NCBI RefSeq assembly: GCF_006345805.1
Contig: NC_042998.1
Location: forward strand, 205,716,001 to 205,780,000
Direction: 5' to 3'
Length of the DNA stretch: 64,000 nt
Source of the DNA: Octopus sinensis
Taxonomy: Eukaryota
Shown here: piece after piece, positions 12,889-25,067 of the stretch
Layout of the letters: every line of letters starts with the position of its first letter
Position numbering within the stretch: position 1 is the first letter of the stretch
Notes under the pieces: model-generated
Database searches by the model: none
What the model was told of the DNA's origin: nothing
The model's input: only the letters and a program-made list of their open reading frames with translations
Translations under genes and position numbers: made by a program

Positions 12889-13401
12889 ACACATTACTTT
12901 AGTGGACCGGGTCCTTTGTATTGGTTTACCCTGTGCTTTGTAGCTCGATCCACTAAAGAGGCTTTTTTGTGAGTACTACTGGATTAGTTAAGTCCATATA
13001 TTGTGCATATATATATATATAATATATATATATAAAATTGTGGATTAATAATGGTTAAATACATCGTCTGTGAGTATGAAATCCCTCATCTTACCACTGG
13101 AAATGTAAATCTTCACTATGGATTAATTCACCTTTTCTGTGAAGCTAATAAGTCTTTAAAAACCTGTGATAAGTCTGTGCATCATCCTCCTCATATCTCT
13201 GAAAATTTAAATCTACACTATGGATTGATTCATCTTCTCTTCGAAACTAATAAGTTTTTAAAAATCTGTGATAAGACTGTGCATCATCATTAAGGAACTT
13301 TGGAAAACTGTTTACAACCTATATCTGCCTCTAATGGAACTATCTCCAATATTTCATGAGTATAACCTCACCCACTAAGATGTCTGGAGAACTCAAATGT
13401 A

Positions 13402-13492
13402 TTTTAGCTGATGAGTACGGGACACTTTTATCTGCTGCAATTTTTGCAACTTGTAATAAAGCCTGTCTTTGTATGAAACAATTGTACTAAAA
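13402..13492 (+). ncRNA. Well-preserved type I hammerhead ribozyme (HHR-F)
   Basis: TTTTAG (13402..13407)-CTGATGA (13408..13414)-GTACGGGACA...TGTCTTTGTAT-GAAAC (13475..13479)-AATT-GTA^ (13484..13486)-CTAAAA; perfect 6-bp stem I, intact core, palindromic ACAATTGT. Confidence 0.85.
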
Positions 13493-13520
13493 ACTAATCC
13501 ATTCTTGTTGCTTCTTTCTC

Positions 13521-13584
<64 letters not shown>

Positions 13585-13631
13585 GAGAGAGAGAGAGATG
13601 TCTGTATATGATTGCTCATTCTTTCTTGCAG

Positions 13632-13756
13632 GAGCTACAATTGTTTTGAAGAAGAAATTCTCTGCCTCAAGCTTCTGGAAAGATTGTTGCCAATACCAAG
13701 TCACTGCTGTTCCTTACATTGGTGAATTGTGTCGTTATGTTCTCTCACAACCCATT
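13632..13756 (+). CDS. SLC27A: SLC27A exon
   Basis: ttcttgcAG|GA...ATT|GTaagt; 125 bp, phase 1-0; [42 protein letters not shown]. Confidence 0.95.
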
Positions 13757-14309
13757 GTAAGTGTTTCGTGTTGCTTTCTTCAAAGAACTCCTTTTCATTA
13801 ACCTTTAGAATAATGATGATGATAATAATAATAATAATAATGAAATTATCATGTATAGTGCTCAGGTGCACTACAACTCATCAAAGGTGCACATACAGTA
13901 CATAGGATTGTGTACAAAAGTTGACAGGCAATGGGTGGTGGTCACCCTTTTCGAGCAGAGGAATGACTCTAGCAGTTTGTATGTTTGCACAGGTGAGTTT
14001 TGTTGAGTTTTAGAATAATTGAGAATTTGGGAACTATTTAAGAAAGTAACTTTTTTTTCATCATAAATTTCGATTTTTGGGAGATAATTAAAGAAAATAT
14101 AAAATTATGGTGGAAAGCTGTTGTTATTCTCTAACAGTTAATAAAACTTGCCTTGGTTGTATTTTTAGTTGAAAAGTCAGTGTTTCTTCTCCAGTGGTTG
14201 TATTCAGGGTCAAACCTAAAAAATACTAAAATTAACACAATTTAAACTCACATAAAAGAAATTTAGGATTCTTTTATTACCATATTTACATAATAATAAT
14301 AATAATAAT

Positions 14310-15130
14310 GAAATTATTGTGTCCAGGTGCACTACAACTCATCAAAGGTGCATATACAGTACATAGAATTATGTACAAATGTCAGGAGAGTGAACAGTGT
14401 TTGAGCCATGATATACATGTGTGCATGTGTATGGAGGGGAAGATAGGGGGATATCAGGTGTAGTGTTGGCGAATTTCAGGAAGCATGGAGATTTTACAGG
14501 GTGCAATGTCTAGGCAACTAACAGCTGATGCAGGTAGTTTGTTCCATGTTTCAGCAACTCTGAGTGTGAAAGAATGTTTCCGAAAGTCATGGGAGTTGTG
14601 CTGTTTTCTGACTTTGTAAGCGTGCCCACATGCGTTAGATACATGGAGCTCAAAAAGGTGTTGAAGGTGATTGTTGGCACAATGGTTAATAATTTTGTGG
14701 ATGTTTACCAAGTCATTTGCCAGATGTCGGAGCTTCAATGTATCTATGCCCAGGGAAGCAAGGCGTTCAGAATATCGTAGATACCTGATGGAGAGTATTT
14801 GCTTGGTTGCACATCTCTGAACAGTTTCCAGGAGGTCAATGTCCTGAGCAGTATAGTGGTTCCAGACTGGTGATGCAAATTCCAAGTGTGGCCACACCAT
14901 AGCCATATACAGCCTTAAATAGATAGCTGGAGAGTGGCCGACAAATGTCTTGCTAAGTAATGCCAAGACACCCTCAGCCTTCTTGACAATTTTAGAGATG
15001 TGCTTTGTCCCATTTAAATTGTTGCTGATAGTAATGCCCAGGTCACGTTCACAAGAAAACTTCTTGATATTAGTGTTGTGGAGAGAGGATATGGATGCTG
15101 GGTTTTTCCTACCAAAATGCATGGTGGTAC
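14310..15130 (-). mobile_element. 5'-truncated CR1-like LINE (RT C-terminus, 3' UTR and ATT tail)
   Basis: ORF 14454..15122: MHFGRKNP...ERDLGITISNNL...LEFASPVWN...LETVQRCATK...RVAETWNKLP; a second copy of its 3' tail at about 13815..13915. Confidence 0.85.
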
Positions 15131-16048
15131 AAATGAAGAATTCCTGAAAATAACTTTGTTATTATTAATCTAATGTTTGGAGCATAAATTAATATGAAAT
15201 TTTGAGGGAGGTTTTTAATTAAGATGACCCCTAAAACAGTAAGTTTGCATCATGGAAACGGGACTGAATTTGGGAAGGTTGGTGGCTATACGATTAGAGG
15301 GAGATAACTCGGCCACAATTTAATGTAAATATTTTTATTGCTTTCTGAGAAAGTTTGAGTTAATTAATTTACATTGTTAAGAAAATAAGGAATCCTGTTG
15401 TGTCAAGAATACAGGACAGTGAACGTTGAATAAATGACGTCACTCATTTATTTTATGAGTGAAACTGAGAATTTGGTTTGCAGGATTTTTTATGTGAATT
15501 CATGTTCTCTACTGTAGGCACAAGGCCTGAAATTTGGGGGAGGGGGTAAGTTGATCACAATGACCCCAGTACTTGACTGGTACTTAATTTACCGACCCCG
15601 AAAGGATGAAAGGCAAAGTCGACCTCGGCGGCATAATAACAACAACAACACATACAAGTGTTATCGACGTAATGACTCTCCCAAGACACAAGATTTGAAC
15701 TCAGAAGTTCCTCTGAAAGGATCTTCATCAAGGACCAGGTCTTATGCAGATGCTTTCCTCTCTTACATTTCTACATCTTCTCCCAATGATCCATACAACT
15801 TCACAATCCAAATATTATACATCATGTTATTTCCTATTAAAAGATTGAAGTTGCCGTTTGTTAGCTAAGGAATTAATTCTTGTCACCTGTTTATTGGTCC
15901 AACTAATTCTGGGAACGAATTTACAAACGACCATTTCACTATCAACACCTATCACTGCTTTAGTGAAAGGATTGTTGCAAAATGGTTAAAATATTAATAA
16001 AGAAAAATGCTTTCATTTTATTGATTTTTATTTAAATTTTCTTTTCAG

Positions 16049-16240
16049 ACAACTTCAGAATCCTTACATCAAGTGAGACTTATGTATGGAAATGGATTGA
16101 GTAAAGATATATGGAGCAAGTTTCAAAATCGATTTCATATTCCTCGAATAATCGAATTCTTTGGAGCCACTGAGGGCAATGTTCTGTTGATCAATACAGA
16201 GAATAAAGTTGGTGCCGTTGGACGAATATCACCTTTTTTG
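16049..16240 (+). CDS. SLC27A: SLC27A exon
   Basis: cttttcAG|ACA...TTG|GTaaga; 192 bp, phase 0-0; RLMYGNGLSKDIWSKFQNRFHIPRIIEFFGATEGN...GAVGR. Confidence 0.95.
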
Positions 16241-18936
16241 GTAAGACTAATTTTTATCTCTTGGCCTCAAAACCATATAAGAGAGTGAGATTATGTGGTA
16301 TTCATTCATTGCTTATGTAACAGCAGATGTCATTGAATCCCGCTCCTTTCTTTCTCACCCTTTCATCTATTCACAATATCAAAACTCTGCAACATTATCA
16401 TCATTATCGTTTAACGTCTGTTTTCCATGCTGGCATGGGTTGGACGGTTCGACCGGGGTCTGGGAAGCCAGTAGGCTGCACCAGGCTCCATTCTGACCTG
16501 GCAGTGTTTCTGCAGCTGGATGCCCTTCCTAACACCAACCACTCCGAGAGTGTATTGGGTGCTTTTTTACGTGCCACCGGCACAGGAGCCAGAGGGGGCT
16601 GGCATCAACCATGATCAGATGGTGCTTTTCGCATGCCACCAGCATGGGAGCCAGTCAATACAGTGCTTTTTACGTGCCACTGGCACAGAAGCCAGTCAAG
16701 GCAGCACTGGCATTGGCCATATTCAGATGGTGCTTTTTATGTGTCACCAGCACAGGGACTACAACTACAATTTCCATTTGATGTTGATGTACTTGACTCA
16801 ATAGGTCTCCTCAAGCACAGCATGTCACCCTACAATCCAAGGAACTTTTAAGTGGGCTGGTTATGCGACACTGGTGTAGGTTACAGCTGTGGACTCACTT
16901 TATTTGCTGGGTCTTTGCAGTCACAGCATATCGCCAGAGCTCTCGGTCTTTTATCATTGCCTCTGTGAGGCCCAATGTTCAAAGGTCAGGCTTCACCACC
17001 TCATTCCATGTCTTCTTGGGTTTCCCTGTGCTCCAAATTCCTTCCTGTTAGGATGTGACACTTCTTCACACAGCTCTCCTCGTCCATCCGTAGTACATGA
17101 CCATACCAACGCAAACGTCTCTCTTGCACGCCACATCTGATGCTTCTTATGTCAGGGGCTGGTATTGAACCTACCTGTATGCAATCTCACCATCTTATCA
17201 CTCTACCCCTCTTTCCCACCACAAGACCTGTTTGCTGTTCCTGTCCTGCCAGTCATCACTCCATCTTCCCAAGTCACATGTTATTCACCATTATCCAACA
17301 ATCTTAATCTTCCTCTCACACTAAACACTTTCTACTCATATTCCCTTCATCCCTTTACGCTCTTTCCTTCTTAGGGTCCTTACCGTCAGTAAAGTGACAC
17401 AACACAGAGGGCTGAGCATGTTTTACTCTTTCAAAATGGAAAACAGTCCTACTAATAATACTGGTATCATAAAAGAAATACACCAGAACATTCTGTAAAG
17501 TGTTAAGAAGTGCATCCAGCCATAGAAACGGTTCACCACCACAGGTGCAAGGACCCCATCTCCCTCCTGTATTTCATATTTGGCTTTCTTTTTTGACCCC
17601 AACCACTTTACGGAACATACTGGAGGCATTTTAGGGTGGCCCCATCAGATATAAGTGGTGAGTCAGTCTAATTGACTAACTGCCCCTCCCCTCAAATTTG
17701 TTGGCAATGGTAATAATAATTGTTTCTAATCTAGGTTCAAAGCTAAGGTCACTTTGCCTTTCATCTCTTCAGGATCGATAAAATAAGTACCAGTCATCCA
17801 CTGGGGTTGATGTCACTTATTCCCTTTCCTGAACTTGCTGGCCTTCTACCAAAAAGTTGAAACCATTATTATTATTATTATTATATCTGAGGGTGTTGAG
17901 CTAACAGATTTGTTGTTATGCCAGGCTAAATGCTTGGCAGTATTTCATCTGCCTTCCAAGTTCAAATTCCACCGAGGTCGACTTCGCCTTTCATCCTTTC
18001 GGGGGTCGAGAAAATAAGTACCAGTTTCACACTGGGGTTGATGTAATCAACTAGTCCTCTTCCCCGCCCAAGTTTCAAGGCCTTGTGCCGAGAGTAGAAA
18101 TAACAACAATCAGAACAATAATAATTATTATTATCTGAAGGTGGTGACTTACCAGAATCCTTATCACACCAAGCTGAATGCTTTGCAGTACTTCACCTGT
18201 GGCTACATTCTGAGTTCAAATTCTGCCAATGTTGACTTGACCTTTCATCTTTTCGGGGCCAATAAATTAAGTACCAGTGGAACACTTAGCTCAGTGTAAT
18301 TGACTAGTCCCCTCCCCCGCAAAAAAAGAATTTCAGGCCTTGTGCCTAGAGTAGAAAGGATGATTATTATTATTAAAGTTGGCAGCGTTTCCTCTGACTC
18401 TTTCCATCCGAGTTCAAATTCTGCCAAAGCTGACTTTGCCTTTCATCCTTTCAGGTTTGTTAAGGACCAGGTAAACAGTGTGTGTGATGGTGGTGGGTCA
18501 ATGTCAAACAGTTATATCCGAACTGAGAAGCCTGAAGACTGCTCTGAGTTGCAGTGTTTTCTCTGGTATGATTTCTACAGCTGAATACCGTTCCTCGTGC
18601 CACCTACTTTATAGCATGGACCTGGTGCTTTATTCATGGCACCAGCATTAGTGAGGTCACCAAATGACTTGCAAGAGAATCCCCCCCCCCCTCAAGTAAG
18701 GTGGAGTGATTAATGCCAGGTATTGAAATGCTACAGTATGATAGGAAGACAGGAATAGGTGTCTTCTGAAAAGGTGGTTCATGGCTTCTTCAGATTCTAA
18801 AATAAGGATGAGATGCCAGATATTGGAATCCTTTTCACCAGACAGCTACCCCTCCCCCCCCCACTCAATGTGTACCTTTGTGAGAGAATGTCAGAAATTT
18901 TCTTTTAATCAAAGTGAATTTATTTTGTTTATTTAG

Positions 18937-19033
18937 AATAAAATCCTTCCCAAGACGTTACTAGTGAAATATCACAATGGCACTGTGGAACCTCAAAGAG
19001 ATTGCCGAGGGAGGTGTATACCAATTTCTCCAG
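18937..19033 (+). CDS. SLC27A: SLC27A exon
   Basis: tatttAG|AAT...CCAG|GTaggt; 97 bp, phase 0-1; NKILPKTLLVKYHNGTVEPQRDCRGRCIPISP, matching FATP LVKxD..EPxRDxxGxC; absent from the ORF track, found by hand. Confidence 0.9.
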
Positions 19034-21856
19034 GTAGGTTAGCACCTGTTCTTATCTTCATTACAATTTCTTACATTACCAGAACCTTTCTTCATTTCCT
19101 TTCTTCCACCAACTGACACTTTAAGTCTGAACATGTTTCAACTTGATTTTCTGGTTTTTCTCCACCAAATTCTTTACAATTTCGATATCACCCAAAAGTT
19201 TCTCTCTTGTTTAACATTAATAATCAATATTTTATCAATAGATCAAAATTATATTGACAATTCTCACTCTTCACAGCTGTGAACTGTGATCCACAAAATT
19301 ATTTTTGTTCAATCCCAGGTTAGCTTTGGTTGAGCAGCTGACATATAATCAAGGGTGTTCTCCCCATGGCCATCCAGTCTTGTATATTGGATTAGAGGGA
19401 GGTGGGGAGAGAAACAGAGAGAGAGAGAGAGAGAGGAAGAGAAAGAGAGAGATTATATAGAGCAATGGCTCTCAGCCATGGCTCCCGGGGAGTATGTGGC
19501 CCTTAAGTCCCCTCCTGGTGGCTCCCAATGATCTTCCCTTTATAAATGTAAATTTTTCTTCAATTGATTTGTGTTTTAGCTTTTTTTGGTGTGCCTCCCC
19601 ATCCCAATGTCCAAGTTTGGGATCTGGATATTAAAAAGGGTGAGAACCGTCGATACAGACCCTCAGAAACAGCAAGGGATTCTATTCACAAAGTTGTGCT
19701 GTCCCAGACATCCCGACTGATTCTAGACATAAAGGTATAAGAGTGGTTGGTTAAGGAGTTCGTTTCCTGACCCCTCTGTGTGGAATCTAGGGCAAAGTAT
19801 CTTTTGCTATAGCCCTATGCTGATCAAAGCTTTGTGAGTGGATTTGTCAGGTGGAGTCTGTGTGGAAGCCTCTCGTGTGTGTGTTCTCTTGATGTATTTC
19901 AAATGAGCACCATCACCATAAAAATGCTGTTTGTTCATTTCCAGTCTTACAAGAAAACCCGTCTTGCAACAGGGGTAAATATTATCTTACTTGGTAGCAG
20001 GTGAGTGTTGGCAACAGGAAGGGCATCCAGCTGTAGAGAATCTGCCCCAACAAATCCTGTCTGACTTGTGCAAGCATCAAAAAGGAATGTTAAATGGTGA
20101 TAATGGCATTTCTAATCAGGTCACTGGAATTATTTTGATTTTTTTCTTCTTTGGTGACATATTTTATTTAAGTTAAATTTTTAATTTGATGAGGCATCGT
20201 TATTGTTTAATAAGAGATCAATTTTATTTCGGTAACCCAGGATGGTCTGCCAGCCCTCATCACCCCTTCCAGCCCCTATATCTACCAGTACATTGTTTCC
20301 TTACTATTAATTATATGTGAAGGTGCATGGCAAAGTGGTCAGGGCATGCAGTTCACAATCATAACAATGTGAGTTCAATTCCTGATGGCATGTTGTGTCC
20401 TTGAGCAAGACACTTTATTTCACATTGCTCCAGCTGGCCAAAATGAGTTGTACATCATCATTAACCTTTAATGCCTGTTGTCCATGCTGGCATGGGTTGG
20501 ACGGTTTGACTAGAGCTGGGCAGCTGCACCAGGTCCCAGTTTGATTTCTATGGCTGGATGCCCTTCCTGATGTCAAAGGCTTTACAAAACGTGCTGCTGC
20601 TGATGATGATGATGATAACTTCCATACATACTTAGATGAATAGGTACATACATGCATTCACACATTACGTATCCACATATACATGATATGTATATATGTA
20701 TATATGTATATATACTGCACACATACATAGCAGTTCCTGTGTGTGTATGGACACACATTTTACTTGTTGAAGGTTTTTCATTCAACCTCTGCCATCAGTA
20801 CATTCCTGTCAATTTGTACTTTTACTATAAAATAATACATTTACCATTGACTGTGTTGTGGCCTTCATCACATTCTACAACTACACTACACATACCAATG
20901 TATGCAGAATTATTCCAGGATCTTTTTAGAAACAAGAAAAAAAAGTTTAATTAACCAAAGATATAGGGGTTCAAGTTACCAGTGTGAGTTGGAATTTCGC
21001 AAGTGCCACCTTGGGGTTATCTGAGGAAGAGCAACGTCAACTTTCACAAGGTACAATTCTTAATTTTGCTTTTCTGATCCTCAGAAATCCTGCAATTGTA
21101 TTTTGTGTCAGATCTACACAAAAACAACGGATATAACTGGTACCTAAAGGTAAACGACTGGTTTATACAATTTAGGGCCCCCCACCAGAAAAGGGATTTA
21201 AAGGCTGACGTCTGAATGGACCCAGAGAGAAAATCATAGAATTATTGCCTAATTTAGGCACAAGTCCAGCAATCATGTGGTTAGCAGTAGGTGGGGGGAT
21301 GTTCTGTTGATACAAATTAACCCCAAGGACTTGGCAGTTATTTTAACTTTGGAGGAACAAAAGGCAACGTTGACCTTGGTAGGATTTGAACTCAGAATGT
21401 GGAAAGTCAAAAGAAATACCACTGAACATTCTGTCTGCCTCAAAGGTGACTCTGCCAGCTCACTGCCTGAACAACAGCAACGAAAATGGTTTCAAAGTTT
21501 AGCACCTGACGAGCAATTTTGAGGGGAGGGGGCAAGTTATATACATCAACTCCCCCCCAGCACTTGACTGCTGCTGTATATTACTGACCCTGAAAAGATG
21601 AAAAGGAAAAAGTGAACTTCAGCAGGATTTGAACTCAGAATGAACAGAGTCAGAAGAAATGCTGCGAAGCATTTTGTCTGATGCATTAATGACTCTGCCA
21701 GCTCAATGCTTGCATAATGATAATGATAAGGGTTGGAATAATCCTTCCCACTATAGGCACAAGGGGGAGGGGGCCTGATGATGACCTTGGAGGGGATGAA
21801 AGGCAAAGTTGACGTCAGCAGGATTAGAACTCAGGATATAAGAAGCCACAATAAAT

Positions 21857-22073
21857 ATTCTTTTCTACTTTAGGCACAAGGGCCGAAATTTGTGGGGAGG
21901 GTGGCCAGTCAATTAGATCGACCCCAGTACACAACTGGTACTTAATTTATCGACTCCGAAAGGATGAAAGGCAAAGTCGATCTCGGCGGAATTTGAACTC
22001 AGAATGTAGCGGCAGACGAAATACCGCTAAGCATTTCGCCTGGCATGCTAACGTTTCTGCCAGTTCACTGCCT
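21857..22073 (-). mobile_element. SINE family B
   Basis: AGGCAGTGAACTGGCAGAAACGTTAGC...TTCTGAGTTCAAATTCCGCCGAG.TCGACTTTGCCTTTCATCCTTTCGG.GTCGATAAATTAAGTACCAG; copies near 15520, 17890, 18140, 27790, 34560 and 41411. Confidence 0.75.
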
Positions 22074-22559
22074 CAAAGCCACAATAAATAATGCCAGGCA
22101 TTTTGCCCGAAGTCCTGATTTAATTCCTTTTGGAACCTCTTTTGAGAACAAAGTCCTGTTGGTGAAAAGCCAAATCTGGATGCTGATCAAACAGGACCCT
22201 TGGGTTTCCATGCTGTTTTCTGTGAGAAAATCCATCAAGTAATTTATTAGCAAAACCTCGTTAACATAATTTAACATCTTAACGAGAACACAGCATAAAT
22301 CAGAAGATTCCATTTCTGATTGTAGTTATTTGGCTGTGGCCATGCCTTGTAGGATTTTAGCTGCTTATATCAGTGACCCAAGTGTTGGGGAAATAAGCAA
22401 AGTTGTGTTGGTCATGGAGGGAATGGAACTGATGTCAAAACAGAAAAATTGATCAGGATTTTGGTTTTGTTTGACTTTTCATAAATGAAGTGATTTGTCG
22501 AACACATTCCTATAAGCATAAACATATCTACATATATGTATATGTGTGTGTGTGTGTAA

Positions 22560-23575
22560 GCTCGCAAGGAATGAAGTCAGTATGCTCCGATGGATGTGTA
22601 ATGTCAGTGTGCATACTCGACAGAGTGTAGGTACCTTGAGAAAAAAGTTGGACCTAAGAAGCATTAGATGTGGTGTGCAAGAGAGATGACTGCGCTGGTA
22701 TGGGCATGTGGCGAGAATGGATGAGGATAGTTGTGTGAAAAAGTGCCACACCCTAGCAGTTGAAGGAACCTGTGGAAGAGGTAGAGCTAGGAAGACCAGG
22801 GATGAAGTGGTGAAGTACAACCATCAAACTTTAGGCCTCACCAAGGCAATGACTAGTGACCGAAACCTTTGGAATATGCCGTGCGTGAGAAGACCCGGCA
22901 AGCCAAATGAAACCATAATCTCATGGCCTATGCCAGGGGTGTAACCAGTCCACTTATGCGTAACCTTTTCCTTCTTTGGACTCTAAAACTCTGCTTGCGA
23001 AGACCTGTTGAGGCAAGTGAAATCAATCAAAATCGATGACTGGCATCTGGGCTAGCAGGGTGCAAAGACCACCATACGAGCCTGATCATTGACAGAGTGG
23101 TTAACCGGCTTCTGTGCCAGTGGCACTTAAAAGACACCTTTCAAGCGTAATCGTTACCAGCGTCGCCTTACTGGCACTTGTGCCCGTGCTAGTAGGGTGC
23201 CAAGAGCACCATCCAAGCGGGATCGTTGCCAGAGCAGCCAACTGGTTTCCGTGCCAGTGGCACATAAAAGAGCACTATTCAAGCGTGATCGTTACCAATG
23301 TCACCTTACTGGCACCTGTGCTGGTGGCATGTGTAAAAAGATTCAAGCGAGGTCATTGCCAGTACCGCCTTACTGGCCCCCGTGCCGGTGGCACGTAAAA
23401 ACCCCCACTACACTCTCAGAGTGGTCAGCATTAGGAAGGGCATCCAGCTGTAGAAACTCTGCCAAATCAAGATTGGAGCCTGGGGCAGCCATCTGGTTCG
23501 CCAGCCCTCAGTCAAAATCGTCCAACCCATGCTAGCATGGAAAGTGGACATTAAACGATGATGATGATGATGATA
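22560..23575 (+). mobile_element. 5'-truncated RTE LINE (ORF C-terminus, 3' UTR, ATG tail)
   Basis: ARNEVSMLRWMCNV...LRWYGHVARMDEDSCVKKCHTLAVEGTCGRGRARKT; similar pieces at 1520..2420 (+), 33650..34480 (-) and 36050..36560 (+). Confidence 0.85.
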
Positions 23576-24433
23576 GTGTCCTTCCTTTTGAGTGTGGTAA
23601 AATGTTGTTTGATGAAGACTTGGCTGCTATTGCTAACAGGTGAAGCAACCACATAGAGGCCACATAATTGACAACTGTTTCATTAACTTGTAGTGCCAAA
23701 TTCACAAAGTTCTGTCTTGAGTGGAATTTCAAAGAGAGAGATGGTCACCAGGATTCTAGCATCAAGAGAGTTTACCTCTCAACCATATGGTTCTGATTTC
23801 AATCCCACTATGCAACACTTTGGCCAAATATGTCTCTACATGGTCACTTGACATGCTAAAAATGGTAACCAAATTTCCCTCAATTCACACATTACCATCT
23901 TAACTATGAATTGAATAACATAGTCCTGAATAGTGCTCCTGAAAATTCAACTGGTTTCCCATAACTAGGATTTTTTTGATCATCAGTCAAGGTCAACCCT
24001 TTAGTATTTAAACTGGCCCCTATATCTGGCACCAAAATTCTTCCTGCTTTATGTTCAAACCAGCCAGATCCTGTCTCTCATACCTACCCTACACTGTCAG
24101 TGTTAAAATAAACAATCAAATCATGGAAATCTTGCAGCAATGAGATAATGCATGATTAATTTAAAACTGAAGAAATAAGGGTCACATTTGATGGAGGAAT
24201 CTGAATGCTAAAGGGTCGACCAACAACCACCATTTGCACGACAATTAGCCTCACAGATAATTTATCTTTGAATTTAATGAGTTTTGCTTTTTTTCTCCTT
24301 TTTAACATTTATTTTCCCAAGTTATTTACAAACCTTATTTTGACCATTGATTTCTAAATCTTGTGGATAAGTTGTGATTATTTATATAGACCCACATTTT
24401 GAAGTTCTTGTTTTATTTCTGTGCTTCTTGTAG

Positions 24434-24632
24434 GAGAAACGGGGCTGCTTTTGAATGAAATCATCCCCAGATTTGATAACAAGATCTATAAAGGCACCAA
24501 AGACTTGGATAATCAAAAAATTGTGACAGATGTGTTGAAAAAAGGAGACAAATTCTTCAACTTTGGAGATGTACTCTTCTTAGACAAAGATTATTTTGTT
24601 TACTTCAAAGACAGAATTGGAGACACATTCCG
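24434..24632 (+). CDS. SLC27A: SLC27A exon with first half of the FATP/VLACS signature
   Basis: cttgtAG|GA...TTCCG|GTatat; 199 bp, phase 1-2; ends GDKFFNFGDVLFLDKDYFVYFKDRIGDTFR. Confidence 0.95.
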
Positions 24633-24677
24633 GTATATAATTTTCATTTTAATTACAGATACATACATACACTTGCA

Positions 24678-24744
<67 letters not shown>

Positions 24745-24943
24745 CAATAAGAAAATGGAAGGGATCATGAGGTGGTATTCATCAACTTTTAGACATTATA
24801 CTATGTCTATTTATTTATTTACTAGAAGGACAATTACAACAATATACATACATGTATAACATGTTATGCTTTACATATATAATATATAAAGATATCATTA
24901 ATTATTAAAATATATAAGATACAGGAATAGAAATTGGGATAAT

Positions 24944-25067
24944 ATGTTACAGCTGTTTCAGCCAAGAGGCAAAAATACGTCATTCTACTTTTATCCGTCC
25001 TGTGGACTGAAGTAATTAGGAGATGAAATTGAGGTAGTTGGGTGTCTCTGTAGGCTTAGTCAGAGAT
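24944..25067 (-). ncRNA. Inactivated hammerhead motif (HHR-E)
   Basis: Minus strand CTGACTA (G8 mutated), AGCC/GGCT stem II base, GAAAC-AGCT-GTA^ with palindromic ACAGCTGT. Confidence 0.55.

Noticed and set aside
15435-15480. Hairpin ACTCAT/ATGAGT followed by GAAAC as a further hammerhead
   Set aside because: No CUGANGA box 5' of the stem and no NUH or stem III 3' of GAAAC
23030-23420. Repeat-spacer appearance resembling a CRISPR array
   Set aside because: The units are degenerate tandem subrepeats inside a eukaryotic RTE 3' UTR, with no unique spacers and no cas genes
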